Shown one piece after another: positions 37,134 through 46,226 of a stretch of DNA of 64,000 nucleotides (position 1 is the stretch's first letter; each line of letters starts with the position of its first letter). This stretch comes from a virus. Lineage: Duplodnaviria > Heunggongvirae > Uroviricota > Caudoviricetes. The notes beneath the pieces were generated by a model that made no database searches, was not told the DNA's origin, and saw only the letters and a program-made list of their open reading frames with translations. The DNA lies in the IMG/VR virus record IMGVR_UViG_3300035208_001992; one strand, 5' to 3'. The translations under genes and the position numbers were made by a program.

Positions 37134-37680
37134 ATCATCATCAAGATTGCGATCTAGGTTGTTCGCATCGGTGATGAAGTTCTTGAGATTGCGCAGATAG
37201 TCACGTAGCTTGGCGTTGTCTATGTCGTTTCCTTATCTGTAAATGTTGCCGAACCAAGTTACCACATTCAGCTGTCCTGTTTCGCGGCTGTTAAGGCCCA
37301 GGAGTTTTGCTCGTGTCTCTGAATCGCCTTTGAGACTCAAGCTTGAAACGTGCGGCGATCACGTTAGATTACGAGTGGCGCTGCTGCGTTTTGCAACAAG
37401 CTTATGTCTTGGACGTATGGCCGTGAGGCCAAGGTAAAGTATCCCGCAAGGGACCACTCAATAGAAGTGCGCGCTCCAAGCACTGGAACAAGAACGCGCT
37501 GCTAGTTCATCCTGCGATCAGCAATGCAGGATCAATGCCTTGGCAAGGCATGACTGCATCTACTGGCAACGTTGAGTCTCACCTGCTGAAACCCAACTGA
37601 ATGTATGCATACTAACGTAAGAACTGGCAGTGTTGTCTCACGTACGTAAACTAGGTTTGCTCCGCTTACCGAGCGGCATG

Positions 37681-38001
37681 TTATAGATATTGGTTGATCA
37701 TGCTTTCGATCTTGTCCTTGGGCAAAACACCGATGAGCTGATTCACCACTTCGCCGTTCTTGAACATGAGCAATGTTGGGATAGAACGGACACCGAACTT
37801 GGCAGCGATGTTCTCGTTGCCGTCGGTATTGAGCTTGCAGATTTTGACTTTGCCGTCATATTGAGCGGACAAAGCTTCGATAGCCGGATTCAGCATCTTG
37901 CAAGGACCGCACCATGGAGCCCAAAAGTCAACCATGACAAGATCTGTGCTTTTGATGACGTCGTCGAATGATTCTGCTGTCAGCACAATAATGTTGCTCA
38001 T
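37681..38001 (-). CDS. trx: thioredoxin
   Basis: WAPWCGPCK active site. Start set at MSNIIVLTAESFDD behind a GGAG SD, which gives a canonical ~106-aa thioredoxin. Confidence 0.85.
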   Translation of the reverse strand: MSNIIVLTAESFDDVIKSTDLVMVDFWAPWCGPCKMLNPAIEALSAQYDGKVKICKLNTDGNENIAAKFGVRSIPTLLMFKNGEVVNQLIGVLPKDKIESMINQYL

Positions 38002-38207
38002 GAGAACTCCGTTGAAGATTTTGGTTGACCAAGTCGCCACGTCAACCTGCTGGATGTTACTGGCGTCTCTATGCTTTATCGGTATGCCCCACACGCCGAC
38101 AAGCATTTCCAGGTTTTCAAGAGCCTGCTAAGCAAGCTCTTGCGTTCGCTGCGCAACAACGAATGCCCCAACGACACCCAACCCCAACGCAGCGAAACAT
38201 TCCCTGA

Positions 38208-38279
38208 CGGATTCGAACCGCCGCGTGCGCTATGAGATAGCGCCGTCCTGACCTCTAGACGAAGGGAACAAAGTGTTGC
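38208..38279 (-). tRNA. tRNA-Glu-like (CTC), divergent copy
   Basis: Begins GTTCCCTTCGTCTAGAGGTCAGGAC like tRNA-Glu. The anticodon loop ATCTCAT is unusual and the T-stem has one mismatch. Confidence 0.5.
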
Positions 38280-38612
38280 CGACCAAAGCTTAGTACATCG
38301 ACATGCTGGAGATCAAAACTGCCCTACTTCTGACGTTGCGCAACATCAGGTATCGGACTCCAGGTTTTTCGCGAAAGCGCACCAGAGCGACTAATAACGC
38401 GACATTCCCACGTTGAGGTTGCCTAAGCCTCATCTGCTTTCGCAGGTCTTGTGCCACTAAGCCATCCGGAACGTAAAGGTACTAGTCCAATCATCGCCCT
38501 TGTACTCGTATCCGGTAGACTAAAGCAGCGGCTCACGTTCGGCCTCGATCAGTGTGGTCAAATGGACATGCCCACCAATGTATCCGAGTTATGCATAAAC
38601 GAAACGTGGAAG

Positions 38613-38685
38613 CATTCCCTAGGGGAGTCGAACCCCTGCACCCGCCGTGAGAGGGCGGTGTCCTAGGCCACTAGACGAAGGGAAC
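38613..38685 (-). tRNA. tRNA-Glu (CTC)
   Basis: GTTCCCTTCGTCTAGTGGCCTAGGACACCGCC-CTCTCAC-GGCGG...GGGGTTCGACTCCCC, close to the E. coli tRNA-Glu backbone. An upstream CAATTTACAAAGTTTGC motif lies at 38711. Confidence 0.75.
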
Positions 38686-38750
38686 GTTGTGTGCCTTATC
38701 AGCACAAGATCAATTTACAAAGTTTGCATTGTTTACACTAGATTAACGCG

Positions 38751-39320
38751 CTAATATAGTCCAGTTTGAACTTGCCAAAAGTCTGGAACGCCATCGATCT
38801 CATCTCCGGCACGATTGAAGTACCACTCGTTGTATGTCTCTGGTTGAGCCACGTTTGTGTCAGCCTCACCCATGATGTCTTCGAATGATCGCTCTGTCTC
38901 AAGCTGTTCAGCAACTTTGCTGTCGTCAAACATTGTCTTCTGACGCTTGTCGAGTTCTTCCTTGATGAACAAGTGGAACCAGTAGGCACCACCACGAACG
39001 ATACCAGAGATTCGACCAAAGCCTGTCGTGAAGCCTGTGCAAGTTACCGCGAACGCTGCTGCGTAATCACTAACGTCACATTTGCCGTCCGGGAATTCTG
39101 CCATAAGCCCATTTAGCTTTATGCGCTCATCGTCAATGGCTTTGGCTTGCTCATGTGATGTCTTGATCAATTTGGAAGCCATGTCTTTGGCTGTTTCAAG
39201 ATCTGGCGCTTCGAACGCTGTGAACTTAGCGCCATCGAATTCTTTGCCAGTGTCGTTCTTGAAGTATTCCATGCCAATCGTCCAGATCACGATTTGGGTC
39301 CTTGATTTTGATCGAGCCAT
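38751..39320 (-). CDS. hypothetical protein
   Basis: 189-aa ORF. Confidence 0.45.
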   Translation of the reverse strand: MARSKSRTQIVIWTIGMEYFKNDTGKEFDGAKFTAFEAPDLETAKDMASKLIKTSHEQAKAIDDERIKLNGLMAEFPDGKCDVSDYAAAFAVTCTGFTTGFGRISGIVRGGAYWFHLFIKEELDKRQKTMFDDSKVAEQLETERSFEDIMGEADTNVAQPETYNEWYFNRAGDEIDGVPDFWQVQTGLY

Positions 39321-39499
39321 GCTTCATGATCGATCTTATGTTGGAAGTTGACGTACGACGATCGTGCTTTATCGAAGTCCCAGCATATCATCACTGTTAG
39401 TATAGCAACGCAAGCTGCTAGTCCAAGCAACACGAACAAAAGCGTCATGGTTGTGATCTCTGAACTTGCGGAAACTTGTACGTGGTCTCGATTGAGCAT
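39287..39499 (-). CDS. small membrane protein
   Basis: 70 aa with TM segment TLLFVLLGLAACVAILTVMICW. Confidence 0.35.
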   Translation of the reverse strand: MLNRDHVQVSASSEITTMTLLFVLLGLAACVAILTVMICWDFDKARSSYVNFQHKIDHEAWLDQNQGPKS

Positions 39500-39807
39500 T
39501 CCATTGGTGCGAGATCAGAGTTAATGGCACAAGTTGGTCCAGGATATATTGGGATGTCTCCTGGCACTGGACCTATTTGCCATGGCCATGTCCAAGGAAG
39601 CGTTGGAACAAATCGAGGTTGAGGCACTGGACTGAGTTGAGGCTCAAGCCAACGTTTCAACTCAACAAGAAGATCGAATGCTTCGGCATGCGTCAACGCG
39701 ACTATTTGATCTTTCACGCGTATCGACATCGTGAGACTCAACTTGTCATCGTTTGACATACGTTCTCCTAAATTGGTGATGCCGCCCAGCGGGATTTGAA
39801 CCCGCAA
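39445..39807 (-). CDS. hypothetical protein
   Basis: 120-aa ORF. Confidence 0.4.
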   Translation of the reverse strand: MRVQIPLGGITNLGERMSNDDKLSLTMSIRVKDQIVALTHAEAFDLLVELKRWLEPQLSPVPQPRFVPTLPWTWPWQIGPVPGDIPIYPGPTCAINSDLAPMECSIETTYKFPQVQRSQP

Positions 39808-39895
39808 CCACCTATGCGCTCACGAAACGCTGCAAGGCTCGCACTTGATCCGTGACTAACAAGGGTAGCTCTACCGTTGAGCTTATGGGCAACGT
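39781..39895 (-). tRNA. atypical ~112-nt tRNA-like gene (intron-containing tRNA, or pseudo-tRNA / other structured RNA)
   Basis: Clear 3-prime half GGTGGTTGCGGGTTCAAATCCCGCTGGGCGG. The 5-prime acceptor/D-arm-like stretch is TTGCCCATAAGCTCAACGGTAGAGC. About 40 extra nt lie where the anticodon arm should be. Confidence 0.35.
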
Positions 39896-41214
39896 GCGAT
39901 GCTTCACATTATTCACGTAAAGCTTCGCTGAAATTTGGGAGGCTCTCCATTGGAATGCTGGAGGCCGTCCCGCGACTGCATTGTACTGCATTTGATGACG
40001 AGCGCCTTTGCTCGGTTGGGCTGGAAGGGATTGCAGTCCTTCACCCTCATCTACCGTACAGCCGCTTGAGTTGGCGCGAGTCATTATCGTGGTTTATGAC
40101 CGCAAGTTCATCCCAGTTGATTAGCGAGATTTGGAGTAGTCACTGCTAAAGCCTAGTGCTCCTTAATGCACCGTGCCCAGTGTAGTTTATCCAAACACTT
40201 TGATCGTCTCGCGTCTCCGTCCTGCAACCAAGCAGAAACGTCTCACTGTGGACTGCGTCGGCAACTCCAGTGCGCAAGTTGCATTCTAAGATCTGTCCCG
40301 GATGACAGGTAAAAAGATCCAAGCATTGCTGCTCGAAATCACGCCCGACGCTTTAATCATGTTGGCATGGTATGACCACCCAAGTTAGTCTGACTATGTT
40401 TGCATTGCCAATGCAAACCGATCCAGCTGTATAATCACAATTGCCGCTGGACTGCCACGTGTTTCCACGCTGTCAGACGGTGTCACAAGCATCAATGCTG
40501 TGCCACCAACAATTGCGAACGCACAAACGCTGGCCTTGAAACAAGTATAGGCCAGTATGACGGTTCGTGTCTTTGCTCTGCACTGGATTCTGGCTTGAGC
40601 GCGCCAGTTTGGCTTAAAGCCGATTATGTGCGCGATGATTGTTTGCGAACTTGATGCAGACGTCATTTCCAGCTACTGCGTCAAGTGAGAACCTACTCAC
40701 GAATTACTCCAACCAGCTAGGATTCTCTTGTCCCGCAAACTCATGCCCATACATCACGCGTTGTGTAATGATAGCCAGGCAGCTCTGGTTGGTTCGCTTT
40801 CGAGAGTTATGTCAGCCACGAAGGTGTGGTGAGTCTCTCGGAAGATCAAAAGGGTGCGCGCGTTTTATCATGGTTTTACCGCGCGAATTCGCCACAGTTG
40901 ATTAGCCAAACATACTTGTGAGATCAATTGAACGCGTTTCGCGGCGTTCAGAGCTCAATCACAAGTTAGTCGATTGGTCTGGCATCTCCGGCTCGTGAAC
41001 AGCCGTCTCACTGATGGCCACGCAGGGCAACGAGACTATTCGTTGAATTCTCGACCAACAGCAACTTTGCAGCTACTGTCGTCAAGTGGTCAAGCAATTT
41101 GCAACTTCGGAAAGTACTCCAAGGCTGCTACGAGTTGCAACGTGTACTTACGTTCCAACTCCCTTGCTCAACTCATGCCCGAGCGCGTTGTGCGTCCGTA
41201 GACGCTCAAGTTAC

Positions 41215-41646
41215 TTAGCTTAGAACTTCAGGTTCGGTCCGATCTGGCAAACCCATATTGGTCACAATTTCGTTGTACTTCTCACGACACTCTTTGTACG
41301 CAATTGTACTTCGGAATCTGTCTTGCGACTTCGATCCGATGATCGTCACTTGCGCTATTAAGTAGCAAAGAAAGAAACCGAACAGCTTGCCGGCTCTCAA
41401 GTGCCGCCAAGCATTGTCCAGCGCATCTTGCATATGCTGGTCTTGAGAGCTAGAACTGCTTGCTCTCAATGTTAGTCTACCCTCAGCATCGAGTATCTCG
41501 TTTATGCGCTTGAGATACTTCGAATTGAAGCGGTGCCTATCCAGCTTTGACAAACGGAAGATGCATAGTGAGTACAACACTATTGTCTGAAAATCGTCCT
41601 TCGCGGCTTCCATGACAGACAACGTGTCTTTATACGAAGTTCCCAT
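41215..41646 (-). CDS. hypothetical protein
   Basis: Track ORF begins at GTG 41703; the more likely start is ATG 41646 (MGTSYKD), behind an AAGGA SD. Confidence 0.4.
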   Translation of the reverse strand: MGTSYKDTLSVMEAAKDDFQTIVLYSLCIFRLSKLDRHRFNSKYLKRINEILDAEGRLTLRASSSSSQDQHMQDALDNAWRHLRAGKLFGFFLCYLIAQVTIIGSKSQDRFRSTIAYKECREKYNEIVTNMGLPDRTEPEVLS

Positions 41647-41928
41647 GTTTGTCCTTGTAGAAAGCGAATTGGTGCAGTGCATCGTTATTGCAGTTTCTCG
41701 CACTGCTGCAGTTTGACCCAGTTGATTAGCAGGAACTAAAAGCTTCCTCGCGTTTAGCGCCCTGTCATCGACGCTAACTTACCTGCATCTCCGATTGTCG
41801 AGCAATCGTCTCACTGTGATTCGCGCTGGCACCGGCAGGATACCGATGTTGGCACTACAAGAACATGGTGGAAATTGTAGTGCTGCAACCTCACGCGTTT
41901 GAGCGCGGCTATTAACCAACGCTCAAAG

Positions 41929-42001
41929 AGCCACCAATAGGAGTCGAACCTACGACCGACTGATTACAAATCAGTTGCTCTACCAACTGAGCTACGGTGG
42001 C
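41929..42001 (-). tRNA. tRNA-Thr (TGT)
   Basis: GCCACCGTAGCTCAGTTGGTAGAGC; anticodon arm ACTGA-TTTGTAA-TCAGT. Confidence 0.7.
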
Positions 42002-42177
42002 ACTCAATACTACGAATTAAGGATATTGCTGATCGATCGATCTGATTTGACGAAAGCAACTGGAGACATCCCATAGATGAACCAGATCTTCAGCATCAAT
42101 GTTGGTGCAATGATCATCAGCAAGACGCGACCTAATGTTTTCATGATTGCCTCACTTTTCTGATTTACAAAGTTCAA

Positions 42178-42465
42178 TCACCAGACGATGGCAACAATAA
42201 TTACGGCAGCGATCGAAATGATCAATGACGAAAGTACAGTTGCAATCGCTTTACTGTCATTTTGGTTGTCGTATTCGCTTGCATCGATCGTTGAGATCGC
42301 GCAGTCAATGTCTTTTCGAGTTACTGCAACACCGGTCTCTTCATCGATACCAGCATCAGCCAAAGCGTCTTTGAACTCGATCCTGATTTTGTCGAGCTCT
42401 TCATCTGTTGGTTGCCATGCGTTGCTACCGACTGTGATGTGAATGATCGACCGTTGCTTGTGCAT
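42178..42465 (-). CDS. tail-anchored small membrane protein
   Basis: 95 aa; C-terminal TM segment LSSLIISIAAVIIVAIVW; upstream TCACAA motif. Confidence 0.45.
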   Translation of the reverse strand: MHKQRSIIHITVGSNAWQPTDEELDKIRIEFKDALADAGIDEETGVAVTRKDIDCAISTIDASEYDNQNDSKAIATVLSSLIISIAAVIIVAIVW

Positions 42466-42491
42466 AGCGTTCTCCTAGTGTGAGTTGTGAA

Positions 42492-42565
42492 TGGGCCTAC
42501 AGGGATTCGAACCCTGGACCAAGCGATTATGAGTCGCGTGCTCTAACCAGCTGAGCTATAGGCCC
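42492..42565 (-). tRNA. tRNA-Met/Ile2 (CAT), elongator-type
   Basis: GGGCCTATAGCTCAGCTGGTTAGAGC, anticodon loop CTCATAA, T-arm GGGTTCGAATCCC. Confidence 0.65.
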
Positions 42566-42570
42566 GGTAA

Positions 42571-43770
42571 TCAACGCCGCTTACGCTTGTGACGCGACAG
42601 CGATGCATACGGTGAAATCGGCTGATTTGCGCGAGCAAAGTCATTGTCGAGAAAGTCGACTGACTCATTGAGTTTGTTGGCGATGTATTCCTTAGCTTGA
42701 TCAATCGAGATCGCAACGACTTCTGCAACGATCGGGAACAGCGTCGTGACTGATGCTCGTGGATTGATTGCGTACACAGATTGATTGATGTGTTCATAGT
42801 CACCAATGGACGCTGACACAATGATTATCGACTTCTTTATGATCACGGTGAAGATGGCAGACGCCTTAGTCGCTGCGTTTTTGTTTGGAATGAGTGTTAG
42901 ATCAAGCCGCGTCGAAGATGACAGTTGATAGATTGAACGCGCCAAATTGAGATGCGAAGTACGCTTGTTCTTTCTCAAAGCGTTTAAGAAACGTGATGCA
43001 AGTTCATTCTGGATGTCTGGAGATTGCTCGTTGCCACTGTTGACAACCTGGTTCAACAGTAGATTCTCTCTGAAGTCATATAATCGATAATTGCGGCCTT
43101 CAGTCTTTGGCTCGAGATAGTAGCCATTGTAAAATAGCCAGTCAGCAAGCTTGATCAACTTGATATTGAATTTGTCAAGTTTTGACCAGACATATATCAT
43201 GGCTGCAGCAATGGCTGCGCACATAATCAACGAGATGACAAAAACTGCAAGCTTAGGGCCAAACGAAGCTAAACACAAGTGATCAGACACCCATATGCAA
43301 TTCATGACCAGGCCTATGATAGCGCCGATGACAATCACAATAGCTTGAGCAGTGCGATCAAGAACGATTTGCATAACGAAGCTGCCAATGAAGCGTCGAA
43401 GCAATCCTGCTTGCGCTGTTGGCATGTCACTTAGGAAGCGTTTGTCAATTGGAGTCTTTACGACCTTCTGCTTGATCTTAGGCTGGCTAGGTTGCCGCCT
43501 GAACGGCTTCAACCAGTTGATCGCAGCTAGCGCACTTGCAGCTATGACTACAATAGCGCATGTTGCAGCAAATGACGCGGCAACAACTGAGCGCATAATG
43601 AGCATCCAGATCACACTGTAGAATCGTCCAACGCTGTCGATCTGGTTAGTGCTGCATTGCGGCGCAACATAGTTTGTGCCTGGCAGTTTGTTCCAGACGA
43701 AAGCGCTTGCAACAGCTGCAATGACAGCCGCAGACCAAAGCACGCGCTTCTTGTATTTTGACATCGCCAT
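42571..43770 (-). CDS. polytopic membrane protein
   Basis: 399 aa with at least five hydrophobic helices; SD AGGAG and an upstream TTCCAATTCACAACTT motif. Confidence 0.5.
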   Translation of the reverse strand: MAMSKYKKRVLWSAAVIAAVASAFVWNKLPGTNYVAPQCSTNQIDSVGRFYSVIWMLIMRSVVAASFAATCAIVVIAASALAAINWLKPFRRQPSQPKIKQKVVKTPIDKRFLSDMPTAQAGLLRRFIGSFVMQIVLDRTAQAIVIVIGAIIGLVMNCIWVSDHLCLASFGPKLAVFVISLIMCAAIAAAMIYVWSKLDKFNIKLIKLADWLFYNGYYLEPKTEGRNYRLYDFRENLLLNQVVNSGNEQSPDIQNELASRFLNALRKNKRTSHLNLARSIYQLSSSTRLDLTLIPNKNAATKASAIFTVIIKKSIIIVSASIGDYEHINQSVYAINPRASVTTLFPIVAEVVAISIDQAKEYIANKLNESVDFLDNDFARANQPISPYASLSRHKRKRR

Positions 43771-43802
43771 TTCGATTCTCCTAAGTTGTGAATTGGAAGC
43801 AA

Positions 43803-43876
43803 TTGAGACGAGTGGACTCGAACCACCGGCCTTCTCCTTATCAGAGAGACGCTCTAACCAACTGAGCTACATCTCA
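43803..43876 (-). tRNA. tRNA-Ile (GAT)
   Basis: Anticodon arm TCTCT-CTGATAA-GGAGA; D-arm TAGCTCAGTTGGTTAGAGC. Confidence 0.7.
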
Positions 43877-43882
43877 GTACAT

Positions 43883-43954
43883 GGGGCGGACGGGACTTGA
43901 ACCCGTGACCCGCGGCTTAAAAGGCCGCTGCTCTACCAACTGAGCTACCACCTC
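43883..43954 (-). tRNA. tRNA-Lys (TTT)
   Basis: Anticodon arm GCGGC-CTTTTAA-GCCGC; T-arm GGGTTCAAGTCCC; one A-C mismatch in the acceptor stem. Confidence 0.65.
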
Positions 43955-43964
43955 GAAAATTAAG

Positions 43965-44047
43965 TGCGAGAGAAGGGAGTCGAACCCTCAGTGCCTTGCG
44001 GCGCCAGATCCTAAGTCTGGTGCGTCTGCCAGTTCCGCCACTCTCGC
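43965..44047 (-). tRNA. tRNA-Leu (TAG)
   Basis: Acceptor GCGAGAG/CTCTCGC; anticodon arm CCAGA-CTTAGGA-TCTGG; long variable arm. Confidence 0.75.
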
Positions 44048-44052
44048 AGAGG

Positions 44053-44472
44053 CTAAGCTCTGATGATCTGTGCACCAACGATGTTTGATGGAACCAGATC
44101 TTTGTGCATGTTAGACCATGGATTGCTCTGTCCATCAGGCTTGTAAGGATTGCGAACCAAAGGAGCAATTTCCCAGACGTCTCCATCTTGTGTCTGCTTC
44201 ACATATGCAACGTCGTAATTGTAGTTCCCAATTGCGTGTGCAATGAACGGAATCTTTCCGGTAGTCCAAGCGTCGATGCGCTCAATCAACTGCTCAAGCG
44301 ATTCTGCAGCACCAATCAGAGATACGAATTGCTCTCTGTGATCAATCGCGTTGGCGGGAATCCAGAACAGGCCAGCAACGGCCGCGTCATAAAGTGACAT
44401 CGTTGGAAAGGCATTGATTGCAATGCCTGGCATCAAATGATGCCCGAGCTTGATTATCGTTGGTTTGTACAT
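44053..44472 (-). CDS. hypothetical protein
   Basis: 139-aa ORF. Confidence 0.45.
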   Translation of the reverse strand: MYKPTIIKLGHHLMPGIAINAFPTMSLYDAAVAGLFWIPANAIDHREQFVSLIGAAESLEQLIERIDAWTTGKIPFIAHAIGNYNYDVAYVKQTQDGDVWEIAPLVRNPYKPDGQSNPWSNMHKDLVPSNIVGAQIIRA

Positions 44473-44480
44473 GACTTGTC

Positions 44481-44732
44481 CTATTGAACTGGTTCGAGAT
44501 ATGCGTTAGTGTATCCGACGTAACTTTCTTTGTCACCTGCAAACGCTACGCGATATTCGTCCCAGCCATTGCGTTCATTGTAGCCATGATACACGCAATG
44601 CATTGGTATCTGGAGATTGACAGCGTGCTGCACGTCAGTCAACGAACTGATCTCAGAAGCTTGCGCCATTGACGCTTTAGTCATTGTAGCGCGTGGTCTA
44701 AATAGGATCGGCATCTTCGCAAGCCTTTTCAT
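44481..44732 (-). CDS. hypothetical protein
   Basis: 83-aa ORF. Confidence 0.35.
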   Translation of the reverse strand: MKRLAKMPILFRPRATMTKASMAQASEISSLTDVQHAVNLQIPMHCVYHGYNERNGWDEYRVAFAGDKESYVGYTNAYLEPVQ

Positions 44733-45177
44733 TTACTTGTGCACAAAGCTCTTCCATTTCACGCTTGAACTGCTCAACGTCCATGCCTTCTGGCTTGTCA
44801 ATCGAGAAATTGATTGTCTTCAGCGCTGTCACTGTATGCAATGCATACGTAAACGAGTACTCGCGGTCACCAGTTTGCTTAACAGATATGTTTGTTGCTC
44901 CAGCGCGAGCTAACGCATGCTCGTGAGCAACAAGAAGCTGCTTCAAGTATTCTGGTTCGCAGAGCTGCTTGAAGATGTGATTACGTAATGCGTCGCGAGT
45001 CCTATCAAGGATTGCTGCAACGTACAATGCACTCCGCTTGAGCTTTTTCTTCTTCTTACGCGGGATTTTCACCGGTGTGTTGCGTGATGCGTACTTGCAG
45101 AGTGAACGATGCAACGCTTGTTCGAACGGCTTAGTCTTAAGCGTCATGCTGTCATACATGATGATGTCTTCAGACAT
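44698..45177 (-). CDS. hypothetical basic protein
   Basis: 159 aa with a KIPRKKKKKLKR basic patch. Confidence 0.45.
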   Translation of the reverse strand: MSEDIIMYDSMTLKTKPFEQALHRSLCKYASRNTPVKIPRKKKKKLKRSALYVAAILDRTRDALRNHIFKQLCEPEYLKQLLVAHEHALARAGATNISVKQTGDREYSFTYALHTVTALKTINFSIDKPEGMDVEQFKREMEELCAQVNEKACEDADPI

Positions 45178-45498
45178 TCAAGTTCTCCTCTGCTTGGAAT
45201 TATCAACCGGACGGTGAATGAGACGACCGGAATTTCCTGACAGCGCGAACGCTGCTCTCACTCGCCTAGGCCTTCTCGTCAGTACATTCAGTCAGGCTTT
45301 GGCAATCAGGTTCAGCCGACAGAGTTGTCACGTATTCGACAGGGTTTACCACTCCCCTGTTGGCGTCGAACCGCATTGACCATCGACCGAGCTTCTATCA
45401 GGTCCGATGCCTCTCGCTGGAACAAGAAGTGGCCGGGCCCAATAGCTCAACTGCTAGCATTCTACTGCTAACAGACCGCATCGCAAGTGCGTCGTTTA

Positions 45499-45750
45499 TT
45501 ACTCGTATTCATGCATCCAAAAGATCGTATCGTCGTGTAGTGCTTCGACCTTCTCTTTGAAAGATCGTGTTTGCCAGCGGCTGTCATTGACTTTGTCGAG
45601 ACAGACGCCTCCGTCATAGTTCGGATGTGACTCGCGAAGCATGCTCTTGACTGCGCTGAACACCTTTTCGTCTTCAGTACGGTTGTCAACTACTGTCATA
45701 TCGGGCTTGCGACGTTGCAAGCGCGACAGATCAATGGTATGCGCGGTCAC
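45499..45750 (-). CDS. hypothetical protein
   Basis: 83-aa ORF. Confidence 0.35.
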   Translation of the reverse strand: MTAHTIDLSRLQRRKPDMTVVDNRTEDEKVFSAVKSMLRESHPNYDGGVCLDKVNDSRWQTRSFKEKVEALHDDTIFWMHEYE

Positions 45751-46226
45751 TTTGAAATCCGCTTGCCGATCACAGTCAACTTCATTTCACCGAGTGATCC
45801 CTTCATGAACAGGCTGCCAGAGCGGAATTCATCGACTAGGTGATCACCGACATTGATGTTCTTATAGAATGCTGCATCGACTGGAATCTCGAATGTGAAC
45901 GCGTTCATCGCGTCTTTGGCATGCTCACTAATGCTGAGTGAGAAGTGAGATTGCTTACCCTCAATCTGGAGAACGTAACGGACGTTGCCTGATTGCAGAG
46001 CTTCGAGATAGTCTGCAGTACTGTCAAGTTCAGATTGCTGACGTTGGATATTTCCTGTCTTGAGCTGCAACGCGCTGAGCATGCTGCGCTCATTTGACAA
46101 CTGCATCTGAATGACGTTGCGTTCTCGCTTGAGCGACCCGATGTCTTCTTTGATGTCGCATGCGTTTTGGCATGCATTCAGTGCGAGCACGATGATGATG
46201 GCTATGGCAGTGATGATTTTGTTCAT
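45747..46226 (-). CDS. lipoprotein with coiled-coil periplasmic domain (spanin-like?)
   Basis: Signal peptide MNKIITAIAIIIVLALNAC with a lipobox LALNAC, then a heptad-rich segment (RERNVIQMQLSNERSMLSALQLK). Confidence 0.5.
   Translation of the reverse strand: MNKIITAIAIIIVLALNACQNACDIKEDIGSLKRERNVIQMQLSNERSMLSALQLKTGNIQRQQSELDSTADYLEALQSGNVRYVLQIEGKQSHFSLSISEHAKDAMNAFTFEIPVDAAFYKNINVGDHLVDEFRSGSLFMKGSLGEMKLTVIGKRISK

Noticed and set aside
45355-45440. tRNA-like T-arm (GCGGTTCGACGCC) in a 320-nt ORF-poor stretch
   Set aside because: I could not fold a complementary acceptor stem or a D-arm. It may be a decayed tRNA remnant or part of an sRNA, but it is not callable as a tRNA.
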